A stretch of 64,000 bases of DNA from Candidatus Multivoradales bacterium (GTDB taxonomy: Bacteria > Acidobacteriota > Thermoanaerobaculia > Multivoradales > Multivoraceae): the NCBI GenBank assembly GCA_965223325.1, contig CBDCWI010000002.1, positions 992,001-1,056,000 on the forward strand, read 5' to 3'. Positions within the stretch are counted from its first letter, which is position 1. The number at the start of each line of letters is the position of its first letter. Positions 26,388 through 36,161 of the stretch are shown piece after piece. The notes below the pieces were generated by a model. The model did no database searches. It had not been told where the DNA came from and saw nothing but the letters and a program-made list of their open reading frames with translations. A program made the position numbers and the translations under genes.

Positions 26388-27755
26388 CTATGGTTTGGCA
26401 GCGGCCGCCTCCGCTTGTCGAAGCACGCGCAGGAAGTTGCCGCTCCAGATTTTCGCGATCTCTTCTTGCGAGTACCCGCGCCTCACCAACCCCAGCGTCA
26501 TGTTGAAGGCATCGCTGGCGTTGCCGAGGTCCAGGATTCCACCCCCATGGTTGAAGTCGTTGCCCAGGCCGACGTGATCGACCCCGATGCGCTCGACGAC
26601 GTAGTCGATGTGGTCGATCATGCGATCGACCGTAGCGGGTCCCAACAGGTCGCGCATTGCGGTCAGGAACGCTCCCTGCGCCTCCGGATCCTCGATCTCC
26701 CAGTAGAGCTCATAGGGGTAGGTGTAGCGCTCGTCGATCCCTGCCTTGCGTCTCAACCCGCGAATGTCCTCGATCAGCTGCTCGTCTGCCAAGTCGAGCA
26801 GGTACGCGGTGAAGGCCGCGATATGAACGACACCGCCCCGGTTTCCAATGCGATCGATTTCGGCGTCGGAAAGATTGCGCGCCACCTGGGAGAGGGCCTT
26901 CACATTGGAATGGCTGGCAATCACCGGCGTCGTGGAGAGGTTCGTCGCTTGCAGCGTCGCCTGGACTGAAAGCTGTGACACGTCGACGATGCCGCCGAGC
27001 TCGTTGATGCGCTCGACTGCTGCCCTTCCGAGCTTCGACAGACCGCCGTGTTCCTCCGCTGGCTCGTAGCTTCCGGAATCCCCGTCGTAGACGGGGCGCG
27101 ACGAATCGGCAAAGTCGTTGTGCCCAATGTGGGTCAGTGCGAAGACCCGAACCCCGGCGGCGTAGAGCTCATCGATCGTCGCGATCTTGCCCTCGAAGAT
27201 CCGCGCGTTCTGAAGGCCCAGCATGTAAGCCAATTGTCCCTTCTCGTGGGCCCCCTCGAGCTCGCTGGCGGTGCGCGCGAGCACCAGGTTGTCGTGGGCC
27301 CCGACGACCTCCAGCACTCCTCTGAGCTCGGCGTCTGCGGTAGCGCGTGCCTCGGCATCCCCCGCGGCACTGCGAGGGCCAGAGCCGACCGCGAGCGCCA
27401 TCACCACCGCGTCGACTCCCCCGGCAGCCATCTTTTCGGGCGTGACCTTGGAGGAGCCGTCCTCATCGCCATAACGGGAGGTGGTGCCCGGAGGCACGAT
27501 GTCGGCGTGAGCGTCGAGCACCAGGACGCGATCATGAATCGACCGAGCGCGAGCCACCGGGTCGCTTTCGCCCGCCGCACCAGGCGCTGGCACCTCGTCG
27601 TACTCTGGCGACGGCGAGCAGCCGACGACCGTCAGCACGAGCGTCGCCGTCACGCCGGCAAGCAGCACCCTGCGAGACTTCTGGTTCCCGCCATTGCCAG
27701 GGCGCACAGCGAGCCCTTGTGGAACCGCCGAACTCGTTGGTCGGAAGGGTCTCAT
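26388..27755 (-). CDS. Membrane dipeptidase (M19)-like lipoprotein, PvdM-like
   Basis: 'VLDAHAD', 'VRVFALTH..NDFADS', 'GGLSKLGR..V..IN..G..VDVSQ', 'IASHS', 'RNLSD', 'DHIDY..IGVDHVG..DF'. Lipobox VVGC. ATG27755 follows GGAGGAG. Confidence 0.85.
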   Translation of the reverse strand: MRPFRPTSSAVPQGLAVRPGNGGNQKSRRVLLAGVTATLVLTVVGCSPSPEYDEVPAPGAAGESDPVARARSIHDRVLVLDAHADIVPPGTTSRYGDEDGSSKVTPEKMAAGGVDAVVMALAVGSGPRSAAGDAEARATADAELRGVLEVVGAHDNLVLARTASELEGAHEKGQLAYMLGLQNARIFEGKIATIDELYAAGVRVFALTHIGHNDFADSSRPVYDGDSGSYEPAEEHGGLSKLGRAAVERINELGGIVDVSQLSVQATLQATNLSTTPVIASHSNVKALSQVARNLSDAEIDRIGNRGGVVHIAAFTAYLLDLADEQLIEDIRGLRRKAGIDERYTYPYELYWEIEDPEAQGAFLTAMRDLLGPATVDRMIDHIDYVVERIGVDHVGLGNDFNHGGGILDLGNASDAFNMTLGLVRRGYSQEEIAKIWSGNFLRVLRQAEAAAAKP

Positions 27756-27848
27756 GACGCGGTCTCCTCCGGTGATTGCTGGCCGAAGCCCAGTCTGCCA
27801 CGGGTGTTCTGAGGGCCTGGGTGGTCGAGCTGATTCTCTACCCACTCG

Positions 27849-29171
27849 CTAGGCCGGATGGTCGTGCAGCGACCGCACGACCTTCCCGGTCCGGCCCTGG
27901 AGACGCGCAAGCCATAGGAAGAGGCGCAGGCGTAAGCGGACACTCAGGCTGACCTCGTCCTCACCCGCAAGAACCGCGGTGAGAGCCGGGATGAGCCCGA
28001 ACATGTTCGAAGGCTGGACGAAGAGATCGCGAAAGCCGGGGTCGTAGAAGCCGGCGACAAAAGGCAGGAACCAATCGACACGCCGCGCCGATACGCGCTC
28101 AAAGCTCTCTGCTTCCTTTGCCCACAGGCTACCGGCCAGGACGCGCCCGATTGCTTCTCCGGCCTCGGCCCCAGACACCAGGGCGAGAGTGACACCAGTC
28201 GAGAAGACGGGATCGAGAAACGAGCCACCGTCACCGGCGACTATCCAGCGCTCGCCCGCGTAGGACCGGGTACGGTAGGTGAAGTCTGCATCTCGGCGGA
28301 CCTTCGTGATCAACTCGGCACCGCCCAGCTGGACCGCTGCCGCCGGAACCTCGTCGATTGCACCGCGTAGCAACGCCTCGGAGTCACCGGAGCGTTGGGC
28401 CAGCTCGCGGCGCGGCAGGACGACCCCGACACTGACTTCGGGACCGCCGCTCCCAACCTCAGACGAGAGGGCCAGGGGGATCAACCACAGCCAACCGAGG
28501 TCGCGCCGGGAGATCACCTGGATGTTGCCGGGTGGCACGTCCGTCGGCCAGGCAACGTCGGCGAAGCGTGTGTGCACCGCGACGTTCTCGAAACCGGGAA
28601 TCGGCTCTCGTAGGTCGAGGCTCTTGGCCAGGAATCCCGACTGACCAGTGGCGTCGACCAGGTAGCGGGCTCTGACGGTCGTGCTGGTAGCACCCCCGCC
28701 GCTGCCAGCGTCGCCACTTGCACCGTGAGGGCGGAGGGTGATCTCGACACCCTCTTCCGCGGTCACGAAATCGGTCGCCCGAACACCTGCAATGAAGCGC
28801 GCTCCGAGGGCGCGTGCGCGCTCGAGCAGCAACACGTCGAAGCGCTCACGTGACACCTGCCACGCCTGGCCACCCGCCAGCGTCGTGCCCTCGGAGAACA
28901 CGATGTGACCACCGGTGGTTCCATCTTCGTAGGTGAAGGTGGCCCCGACCTTGGAGACGAAGCCGGCGTCACGCACGGCCTCGCCGACACCAAGGCTCTC
29001 GAGCATCGCCGTAGCCCGCGGCAGGAGGCTCTCGCCAATCCGAAAGCGCGGAAAGTGCTCGCGGTCGACCATGACGGTGTCGGCTCCGGCCTCGCGAAGC
29101 CGAATGGCAGCCGCGCTTCCTGCGGGACCCGCACCAACCACTGCGACGTCGCAGTTGATCAGCTCAGTCAC
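27849..29171 (-). CDS. FAD-dependent oxidoreductase, flavin-dependent halogenase-like
   Basis: GAGPAG, 'FPRFRIGESLLP', 'GFVSKVGA', WxWxIP (WLWLIP), 'GDGGSFLDPVFSTGV'. Confidence 0.78.
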   Translation of the reverse strand: MTELINCDVAVVGAGPAGSAAAIRLREAGADTVMVDREHFPRFRIGESLLPRATAMLESLGVGEAVRDAGFVSKVGATFTYEDGTTGGHIVFSEGTTLAGGQAWQVSRERFDVLLLERARALGARFIAGVRATDFVTAEEGVEITLRPHGASGDAGSGGGATSTTVRARYLVDATGQSGFLAKSLDLREPIPGFENVAVHTRFADVAWPTDVPPGNIQVISRRDLGWLWLIPLALSSEVGSGGPEVSVGVVLPRRELAQRSGDSEALLRGAIDEVPAAAVQLGGAELITKVRRDADFTYRTRSYAGERWIVAGDGGSFLDPVFSTGVTLALVSGAEAGEAIGRVLAGSLWAKEAESFERVSARRVDWFLPFVAGFYDPGFRDLFVQPSNMFGLIPALTAVLAGEDEVSLSVRLRLRLFLWLARLQGRTGKVVRSLHDHPA

Positions 29172-29214
29172 GCCGCATCTTCACCGTTCATGCCCTAGGA
29201 GCCCCAGGGTGCTC

Positions 29215-30255
29215 CTAGAGCATCGCCTCCGCGACCGCCGCAACAGCCTCGGGCTGCTGGCTGCCGATCAACATCGAACCAACGTGCTGCTTGGCGTTGG
29301 CTTCCTTCCACGCCTCGAGCCGTTCGACAATGCGCTCCCTCGGCCCCACCAGGTGCACATCGTCGACGAGCTGATCGGGAACCGCCATGGTGGCTTCGCC
29401 TTGTTTGCCGGAGAGGTAGAGGTCCTGAATCTTCTTCGCTTCACCTTCGTAGCCCAGCTTGACCGCGTAGTCGTTGTAGAAGTTCTTGCTCCGCGCACCC
29501 ATCCCGCCAATGTAGAGCGCCAGACTCGGCTTGAGGCGATTACGGCATTCGTCGACGTCATCGCCCATCACCACACTGACGAACGGCGCGACGTTGAAAT
29601 TGTCGAGCGACTTGCCGCCGCCAGCCTTGGCAAACCCTTCTGAGATCGCATCCTCAAAGACGTCGTAGCGCTCAGGGTTCATCCACACCGGGAAGAAGCC
29701 GTCTGCGAGCTCGGCGGCCAGTCGCACTCCCCCTGGTGTGATCGCAGCGGTATAGATCGGAATGTCCGGCTCGGCCTGCAGAATGCTCTTGAGCGGCTTG
29801 CCGAGCCCGGTTGCCCCTTCACCCTGATAGGGCATCTGGTAGTGGAAACCATCGTGCGTCACCGGTTCTTCGCGCGCCATAATCCGGCGGACGATGTCGA
29901 TGGCCTCGCGCATGCGGGTGAGTGGCCGCGCATAGCTCGCCGCGTGCCAGCCTTCGACGACCTGAGGACCCGACGGGCCCAGGCCCATGATGAAGCGCCC
30001 GCCGGAAAGCTGCGAGAGGGTCATCGCCGTCATCGCCATCATTGCCGGCGAGCGCGCCGGCACCTGCATGATCGCCGTCCCGACCTTGATCTTCTCGGTG
30101 TGGGCCAGCATCCAGGCCGCCGGGGTGACCGCGTCCGAGCCGTAGGCTTCCGCGGTCCAGGCGGAATCGAAACCGAGCGATTCGGCGTGCTGAAGCAACT
30201 TGATGGGCAGTGAAATCTTCTTTCCCGAGTAGCCAAGAAGAACGCCGAGTTTCAT
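29215..30255 (-). CDS. LLM-class F420-dependent oxidoreductase (Rv3520c-like)
   Basis: 'WTAEAYGSDAVTP', 'SGGRFIMGLGPSGPQVVEGWH', 'GLGKPLK', 'ALYIGGMGARSKNFYN'. Confidence 0.92.
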   Translation of the reverse strand: MKLGVLLGYSGKKISLPIKLLQHAESLGFDSAWTAEAYGSDAVTPAAWMLAHTEKIKVGTAIMQVPARSPAMMAMTAMTLSQLSGGRFIMGLGPSGPQVVEGWHAASYARPLTRMREAIDIVRRIMAREEPVTHDGFHYQMPYQGEGATGLGKPLKSILQAEPDIPIYTAAITPGGVRLAAELADGFFPVWMNPERYDVFEDAISEGFAKAGGGKSLDNFNVAPFVSVVMGDDVDECRNRLKPSLALYIGGMGARSKNFYNDYAVKLGYEGEAKKIQDLYLSGKQGEATMAVPDQLVDDVHLVGPRERIVERLEAWKEANAKQHVGSMLIGSQQPEAVAAVAEAML

Positions 30256-30487
30256 ATCTGAACTCCCCCGAACCAGAGGAACCGGTCACGCGCGCGATGG
30301 GGGCCGGTCACCTGCCGTTCGCTGTGTTGAATCGTGGTGAACTGAAGCGAATCGATGATGGCAGTCTAGCGGGCTCGCCCGATCTTTATCAGGCTCCCCA
30401 GCACCGGAATCGCGCACGCGTACAATCGCCGTCATCCAGGCACACCGAACGCGGCACCCGCACCACGGATAAGGAGAGGAGAAAAGC

Positions 30488-31618
30488 ATGGGTCCCCTAG
30501 ACGGCTACAGAGTTCTCGAGATCGCAGGCATCGGCCCGGGACCCTTCTGCGCCATGATGCTCGCCGACCATGGTGCCGAGGTGCTGCGCGTCGACCGTTT
30601 GAGCGCCGCTGGCCGCGGCGACGCTTCCAACGTACTCAACCGCGGGCGGCGCTCGATCGCCGTCGACCTCAAGCAACCCGAGGGCGTTGAGTTGGTTCTC
30701 GAACTGGTCGAGTCGGCCGACGCGCTGATCGAGGGCTTTCGGCCAGGCGTCATGGAGCGCCTCGGGCTGGGGCCCGACGTTTGCGCCGAACGCAACCCGC
30801 GGCTGGTCTACGGTCGCATGACCGGCTGGGGCCAAGACGGCACGATCGCTCATGCCGCCGGCCACGACCTCAACTACATCGCGCTGTCGGGTTCGCTGCA
30901 CGCGATCGGGCCACAGGGTGGCAAGCCTGTCCCGCCACTCAACCTCGTGGGTGACTTCGGCGGTGGCGGCATGATGCTGGCGTTCGGCGTCGTCTGCGCC
31001 CTGCTCGAAGCCAAGGCCTCCGGCAAGGGCCAGGTCGTCGACGCTGCGATGACGGACGGGTCGGCGGTGTTGACCGCCGCCATATGGGGTCTCGCGGGAA
31101 CTGGTTTCTGGACCGATGAGCGCGGCGCCAACCTGCTAGACGGCGGAGCGCATTTCTACGACACCTACGAGACGCTGGACGGCAAGTGGGTATCGATCGG
31201 CTCGATCGAGCCACAGTTCTACGCCTTGTTGCGCGAGAAAGCCGGTCTCGAGCACGATGATGAGTTCGACCACCAGATGGATCGCAAGCACTGGCCGAGC
31301 CTCAAGGCCAAGCTGGCGGAGGTCATCCGCGGCCGCACGCGCGACGAGTGGTGCGAGCTCATGGAGGGTTCCGACGTCTGTTTTGCACCGGTGCTCAACT
31401 TCGAAGAGGCCGCCAACCACCCGCACAACAAGGCGCGCGAAACCTTCGTCGAGGTCGACGGAATCACCCAGCCCGCACCCGCTCCGCGCTACAGCCGCTC
31501 GACTGTCGCCATCGGCTCACCGCCACCCAGGGCCGGCGAACACACCCAGGAGGCCCTCCGGGATTGGGGACTGAGCGCCAAACGTCTCGAGGCCCTGGCG
31601 GCCGCAAAAGCAATCTAG
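30488..31618 (+). CDS. CaiB/BaiF CoA-transferase III family (alpha-methylacyl-CoA racemase-like)
   Basis: '[17 protein letters not shown]', '[15 protein letters not shown]', 'AGHDLNY', 'GDFGGG', 'IEPQFY'. Confidence 0.93.
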   Translation: MGPLDGYRVLEIAGIGPGPFCAMMLADHGAEVLRVDRLSAAGRGDASNVLNRGRRSIAVDLKQPEGVELVLELVESADALIEGFRPGVMERLGLGPDVCAERNPRLVYGRMTGWGQDGTIAHAAGHDLNYIALSGSLHAIGPQGGKPVPPLNLVGDFGGGGMMLAFGVVCALLEAKASGKGQVVDAAMTDGSAVLTAAIWGLAGTGFWTDERGANLLDGGAHFYDTYETLDGKWVSIGSIEPQFYALLREKAGLEHDDEFDHQMDRKHWPSLKAKLAEVIRGRTRDEWCELMEGSDVCFAPVLNFEEAANHPHNKARETFVEVDGITQPAPAPRYSRSTVAIGSPPPRAGEHTQEALRDWGLSAKRLEALAAAKAI

Positions 31619-33219
31619 CGACGCGCCGAGGCGTCGGCATGCGGGCGCGCGAAAACGTCGATGTCGGGACCGATGTGCTGGAAGTTGGAACGCGCGCTGG
31701 TACGACCCGGTAGAGTTCTCGGCCACTGCATGCGGTAGCGCTCGAGCGGCACAAAGCCCAGGTCACCCGCCCGCAACAGGTCACGAAGTGCCTCGCTGCC
31801 GGCCCCCTCTTCGCCGGCGGGCAACGCAATCACGTCGACACCTTCGGTTTCGAGAACCTGCGCGGGATTACGCAACACCCGCCGTTGCCGGAGATGGCGA
31901 AACCTCGGGCACCGCTTCGCGGTTCCAATGCAAACAGCTCTGTCGCTGTCTTCGCCGCGTTCGCCGAGCAGTCGAGCAACCTCGGTCTCGACCGTATGAC
32001 GCGAGTCGTTCTGGAGTGCCCACTCGAGGCTCACGACGCGCACGATGCCCCACCCCAGACCAACCGCGACCAAGACCGCCGGCGCCAAGCGCCAGCTTCG
32101 CGCCCTTCCCGACTGCAGCCAAGCAGCAAGCGCCGGAGCTCCGAGGACGGCCAACACCAGAGCCACCGGCAGCGCGAAGCGCGCGTAGCTGTAGCGCAGC
32201 GGCAAGATCACGGTCAAGAGATACGAGCCAGCCATCACCAGGAGGGCGAAGTGCGCATAGCCTGCCCGCCTACGGTCCGCGCGAGATCGCCGCCCCAGGG
32301 CCAGAACGAGGATGAACGTCGACGGGATTCCGAGCACCCAGACGACCTGCCAGACGAACACGAGTGAGAGCTCCGTGAGCCCTCCCACCGACAGGGGAAA
32401 CTCGCGGTAGGGCACCGATGCGGGTCCAGCAATCGTCTCCAGGTGAGCGACCAGGCCCTGCCAACCGGCAGGCAGTTTGAAGGCCAGCGAAGCGACGGCG
32501 AGAAGCGTCGCGACAGCCGCCGCGACCCTGCTCCAGAAGGCAGTCCAGGGGCGGCCACTTCGGCGCCACGCCAGGAGGAGAACAATGGGCAGGAGAACGT
32601 AGAGGCCGTAGGCCTGATCCTTGGTACAGACCGCCAGGCCCGAGGTCGCGGCCAGCCCGCACCAGCCCAGGTACGACTGGCTCTCGAACAGGCGAATCAC
32701 GAACCACACCGAAGCCGCGACCCAGAACAGGTAGACCGCCTCCAGATTGGCGGTACCGGCGTAGTACACAAAGGACGGGCTGACAGCCAGCAGGCTGGCC
32801 GCCAGCAACCCGGCCAACTCCCCGCGGCTCGCCTCCTGGCCGCCGAAACGCGCCAGACGAGCGCCCGCCAGCAAAAGCAGCACCAGGGTTCCACTCGCAA
32901 ACGCAATCGAAACACCCCGCGCCAGGCGCCGACGATGCGTCAGATCCGCGAGATCTCCGGCGCGTTCGGTCGCCGGCGGCGCACCCGACGCGCGAAAGAC
33001 CAGCTCGAGTGTGCGGTAGTGAAGCGGCGGGTAGCGGCCTGACCAACCCATGGCGAAGCCGCGTTTAGCGCCGCGATCGACATCAAGTGGACTGATCTCA
33101 TCGGGTGCCCAGCCATTCCAACCGGGCAAGCCCCAGCCGCTACCGACCCCTGCACAGACCACCACAAACAACAGCGGCAGGCCGAGCAAGAAGATGCCTG
33201 GTCTGCCGCGGGTTGTCAC
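31615..33219 (-). CDS. Integral-membrane GT-C glycosyltransferase (ArnT/PMT-like)
   Basis: 'W.PDE' first-loop motif, 'YPPLHY', many TM helices, 'LAVCTKDQ', 'RFALP'. Confidence 0.75.
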   Translation of the reverse strand: MTTRGRPGIFLLGLPLLFVVVCAGVGSGWGLPGWNGWAPDEISPLDVDRGAKRGFAMGWSGRYPPLHYRTLELVFRASGAPPATERAGDLADLTHRRRLARGVSIAFASGTLVLLLLAGARLARFGGQEASRGELAGLLAASLLAVSPSFVYYAGTANLEAVYLFWVAASVWFVIRLFESQSYLGWCGLAATSGLAVCTKDQAYGLYVLLPIVLLLAWRRSGRPWTAFWSRVAAAVATLLAVASLAFKLPAGWQGLVAHLETIAGPASVPYREFPLSVGGLTELSLVFVWQVVWVLGIPSTFILVLALGRRSRADRRRAGYAHFALLVMAGSYLLTVILPLRYSYARFALPVALVLAVLGAPALAAWLQSGRARSWRLAPAVLVAVGLGWGIVRVVSLEWALQNDSRHTVETEVARLLGERGEDSDRAVCIGTAKRCPRFRHLRQRRVLRNPAQVLETEGVDVIALPAGEEGAGSEALRDLLRAGDLGFVPLERYRMQWPRTLPGRTSARSNFQHIGPDIDVFARPHADASARR

Positions 33220-33263
33220 TTCGTTTCGGGCCCAGCCATGAGCCGGCGAAAACGCAGTGCTCT

Positions 33264-33299
33264 TGCCGGAGTGTTCGTGCCGGAGTGTTCTGCCGGAGT
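33264..33299 (+). repeat. Short intergenic tandem repeat TGCCGGAGTGTTC, about 2.7 copies
   Basis: Copies start at 33264, 33278 and 33291 (last one partial). Confidence 0.7.
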
Positions 33300-33310
33300 C
33301 GCCGACGGCG

Positions 33311-34645
33311 CTACGGCAGCAACTTGATCTCGAGGTTGCTGTACTCCCAACCGATCGAAGGTACCTCGGCGCAGCAGGGTTCGGTGGGGTTGCCGACCCA
33401 GATGGTCAGGCTCGGGCCCGTTCGAATCTTGTTCAGCTGAACGCTGTGGTTGATGTTGACGACGACTTCACCGGTGGCGGTACGGATCTGTGTTTGCCCG
33501 GAGCGCGTGTTGGTGTCGATGGTGAAGTTGACGGTGTAGGTCTGGCCTGCCTGCAACGCGTAGTCGGCGCGCAGCTCCTGAGGACCACCGCCACCGACGC
33601 GGATCATGCTGGCGACTTTGTTGCGGTTGCCGCCGCGGGCGGTGATGTAGCCCAGGGTGCCATCCCAGCCGCCGTTGAAGAGCCAGAACAAGCCGTGGAG
33701 GCCGTCGGGCTTGGACGAGAACCAGCCGTTGTGCTTGAAGGTCACCGAAACGGTGACAATGCTGAACTCTCCGCCGTTGGGGGTTGGATAATCCATCGGC
33801 CAGAACTCCTTCGAGAAGCTCGGAATGTGGAACAGACCCGGCTGCTGGAAGCACAGAGCCCCCGTCGGGCAGAAGCCCGGAGGGGCCAGCGCTGAATCGC
33901 CGAGCTCACCGGGAGTGATCAACGACGCTGCCTGGTTGCCGGGGTCGAGCAGCATGGCGTAGCTGTAGCTCGGGCCACCACAGGTCACCGACATGCGGGC
34001 GTTGGGAACCGAGCTCTGGTTGATCGACTTGAATGCGTCCGGGTACCAGGACGACGAGAGCGGCTCGAGAGTCAGGCCGATTCGACCGACGAGGCCATTG
34101 CCATCACTCTTGCGGAAGATCACCGTGCACTTGTTCTGATCCTGGCTGAGGTTGACCAGGCCAACCGCAGTCTGCTGCGAGGAGTTCTTGAACAGGCCCT
34201 GCAGGTGGGTGGTGCGCCCCGCATCGACCATGTTGCGCGATGACACCACCGGAACCGCGCTCACCTTGCCGCGCTGTCCGTTACGCACCGGGACCAAACG
34301 CGCCGTCGCCACCAGGCCGGGCTCGAGGTTGAGCTCGAGCAGGCCGGTCGCCCCTTCGGGGACCAGGTTGGTGAAAATCTGCGTACGCCGCGCGGGGATC
34401 GATACCTCCTGTGAAGGTGGTTCACCTTCGGGGCGTCCGACGGTGCCATCGCGAAAGCTACGCACGAAGAAGTAGGTAAAAGACTGGGGATCGACGGAGG
34501 AGTTCGAGATTTCAACTTCGGTCTCGTACGAGACCCCGCCGATGGTGGTATCCGCTGCGATGCTGACGTACACCGTGCCGGCTGATGCCACCGAGGCGAG
34601 AAGGAACAGCAACGCACAGTTGAGGAGAAAACGCTGGAGCTTCAT
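33311..34645 (-). CDS. Secreted beta-rich hypothetical protein
   Basis: 444 aa with signal peptide (..VASA/G), beta-strand-rich domains, Cys pairs, and a vicinal CC near the C-terminus. Confidence 0.75.
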   Translation of the reverse strand: MKLQRFLLNCALLFLLASVASAGTVYVSIAADTTIGGVSYETEVEISNSSVDPQSFTYFFVRSFRDGTVGRPEGEPPSQEVSIPARRTQIFTNLVPEGATGLLELNLEPGLVATARLVPVRNGQRGKVSAVPVVSSRNMVDAGRTTHLQGLFKNSSQQTAVGLVNLSQDQNKCTVIFRKSDGNGLVGRIGLTLEPLSSSWYPDAFKSINQSSVPNARMSVTCGGPSYSYAMLLDPGNQAASLITPGELGDSALAPPGFCPTGALCFQQPGLFHIPSFSKEFWPMDYPTPNGGEFSIVTVSVTFKHNGWFSSKPDGLHGLFWLFNGGWDGTLGYITARGGNRNKVASMIRVGGGGPQELRADYALQAGQTYTVNFTIDTNTRSGQTQIRTATGEVVVNINHSVQLNKIRTGPSLTIWVGNPTEPCCAEVPSIGWEYSNLEIKLLP

Positions 34646-35120
34646 GTCAAGGTACCCTAGGTAGTTATGCTTCTACAGCAAGGAATCATAGTCGAGCCCA
34701 AATATGTACTTCAAGGGCCGGGCGGTCCGCAGACCAGATTCAGCATGTAGGGGGAGAGATCTCTGGCGATCGCGCTCTAAGGAGAAAAGGAGCAATGGAG
34801 GGAAAGTAACAGAAGCATCAAGAGGCGAGACGCGCCTGACGGAGGACCATCAAAGGGCCCCCGCCCCGTCGCGTCGGGTCACGGCTAACTGCTTCTGCCG
34901 CAAGGAGTTTGACAGAAATGCCACGGCTCGTGCAGGGGTTTCCCGAAAGTCCCGTTCGATCCTCGCTCCGGGCCCGAAAGCGCCCCCCGACCCGGGGCCC
35001 CAGGCGAAACGCCGGAACCCAGCGGGGCTCGACAAGACGCGACCACCCTCCCGATCTGACTCCCTCCTAGCTGATACGGAGTCCACCAAAACGCAGGCCT
35101 TCTGTGGTCTGATACGGCGC

Positions 35121-36044
35121 ATGCGTATTGCGGTGGAGTTTCCGAGCGTTGTCTATCGTGAGGGTCCGGAGAAGGTCGCCGAACTGGCGAAGGCCCTCGA
35201 ACACATCGGCTACGACCAGATCGACATGTTCGATCACGTCGTCATGGCCCACGAGGCTCCCGGGCGGCCGGTGCGCTACCCGCCAAACTCGCCAATGCTC
35301 GAGGCGCTCACCACCCTGGGCTTTCTCGCCGCCGTCACGCGCGACATCGGCCTCGGAACCGAAGTCCTCGTTCTGCCACAGCGTCAGGCAGCGCTGGTTG
35401 CCAAACAGGTCGCCAACCTCGACCTCTTGACCGGAGGTCGTATCCGCCTCGGCGTGGGTGTGGGCTGGCAGGAGAGCGAGTACGACGCTCTCGGCCGCGA
35501 CTTTCGCCGTCGCGGAAGAGTCATGGATGAGTCGATCGACCTGCTGCGCAGCTGCTGGCACGACGAGTCCATCGACTTCGAGGGCGAGCACGAGAAGCTC
35601 GTCGCCATGGCACTCGAACCCAAACCACCCCAGGGGGCGGACCTGCCGATCTGGATTGGCGGGATCTCAGACAAGGCCCTCCGACGGGTCGCCAAACGCG
35701 GCGACGGGTGGTTGGCGATGGGGGTCACCGACCGCGACCAGGGCAAAGAAATGATCGCCACCATCAAGCAGTACGCCGAAGAAGAATCGCGCGACTGGGG
35801 CACGCTCGGCTTCCAGGCCGCGATCAGTCCTCCGCCGCGTCCCGGCGAGGCCAGCGACAAGAACTTCTACGGCGACCCTGAAGCGGTCGCCGATGTCGCC
35901 GCGACCTTGAAGGAAGCTGGGTTCGGCTGGGTGACGATGAACGCCACCGGGGTTTTTCTCGCCGGCGCGCGCGCGGTCGACCAGCTGATCGAAGCCTTCG
36001 ATGAACTGCACCAGGTCGTTCGCCGCAAGGTCGGCTACGGCTAG
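35121..36044 (+). CDS. LLM-class F420-dependent oxidoreductase (Rv2161c-like)
   Basis: 'FDHVV', 'EALTTLGFLAAVT', 'VLPQRQ..LVAKQ..LDLLTGGRIRLGVGVGWQESEY', 'PIWIGG', 'GDGW'. Start set at ATG35121. Confidence 0.9.
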   Translation: MRIAVEFPSVVYREGPEKVAELAKALEHIGYDQIDMFDHVVMAHEAPGRPVRYPPNSPMLEALTTLGFLAAVTRDIGLGTEVLVLPQRQAALVAKQVANLDLLTGGRIRLGVGVGWQESEYDALGRDFRRRGRVMDESIDLLRSCWHDESIDFEGEHEKLVAMALEPKPPQGADLPIWIGGISDKALRRVAKRGDGWLAMGVTDRDQGKEMIATIKQYAEEESRDWGTLGFQAAISPPPRPGEASDKNFYGDPEAVADVAATLKEAGFGWVTMNATGVFLAGARAVDQLIEAFDELHQVVRRKVGYG

Positions 36045-36161
36045 CTAGAGCATCGCTGTACGGCACGCCATGGCAAACCTCGCCGGTCGGCCTATGCCCT
36101 CTCCCCAGCTCTCGGTCGGGTCGCCACAACGGTCGCCGTCCTGCGCTTTCTCCTCGGCTCC

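Noticed and set aside
34940-34980. tRNA-like GTTCGATCC T-loop motif
   Set aside because: The flanks do not form a T-stem or acceptor stem, and no cloverleaf is possible.
34704-35120. 139-aa N-terminal extension of the LLM ORF (34704..36044)
   Set aside because: Low-complexity Arg/Pro/Ser translation of intergenic DNA. The LLM fold begins at MRIAVEFP (35121).
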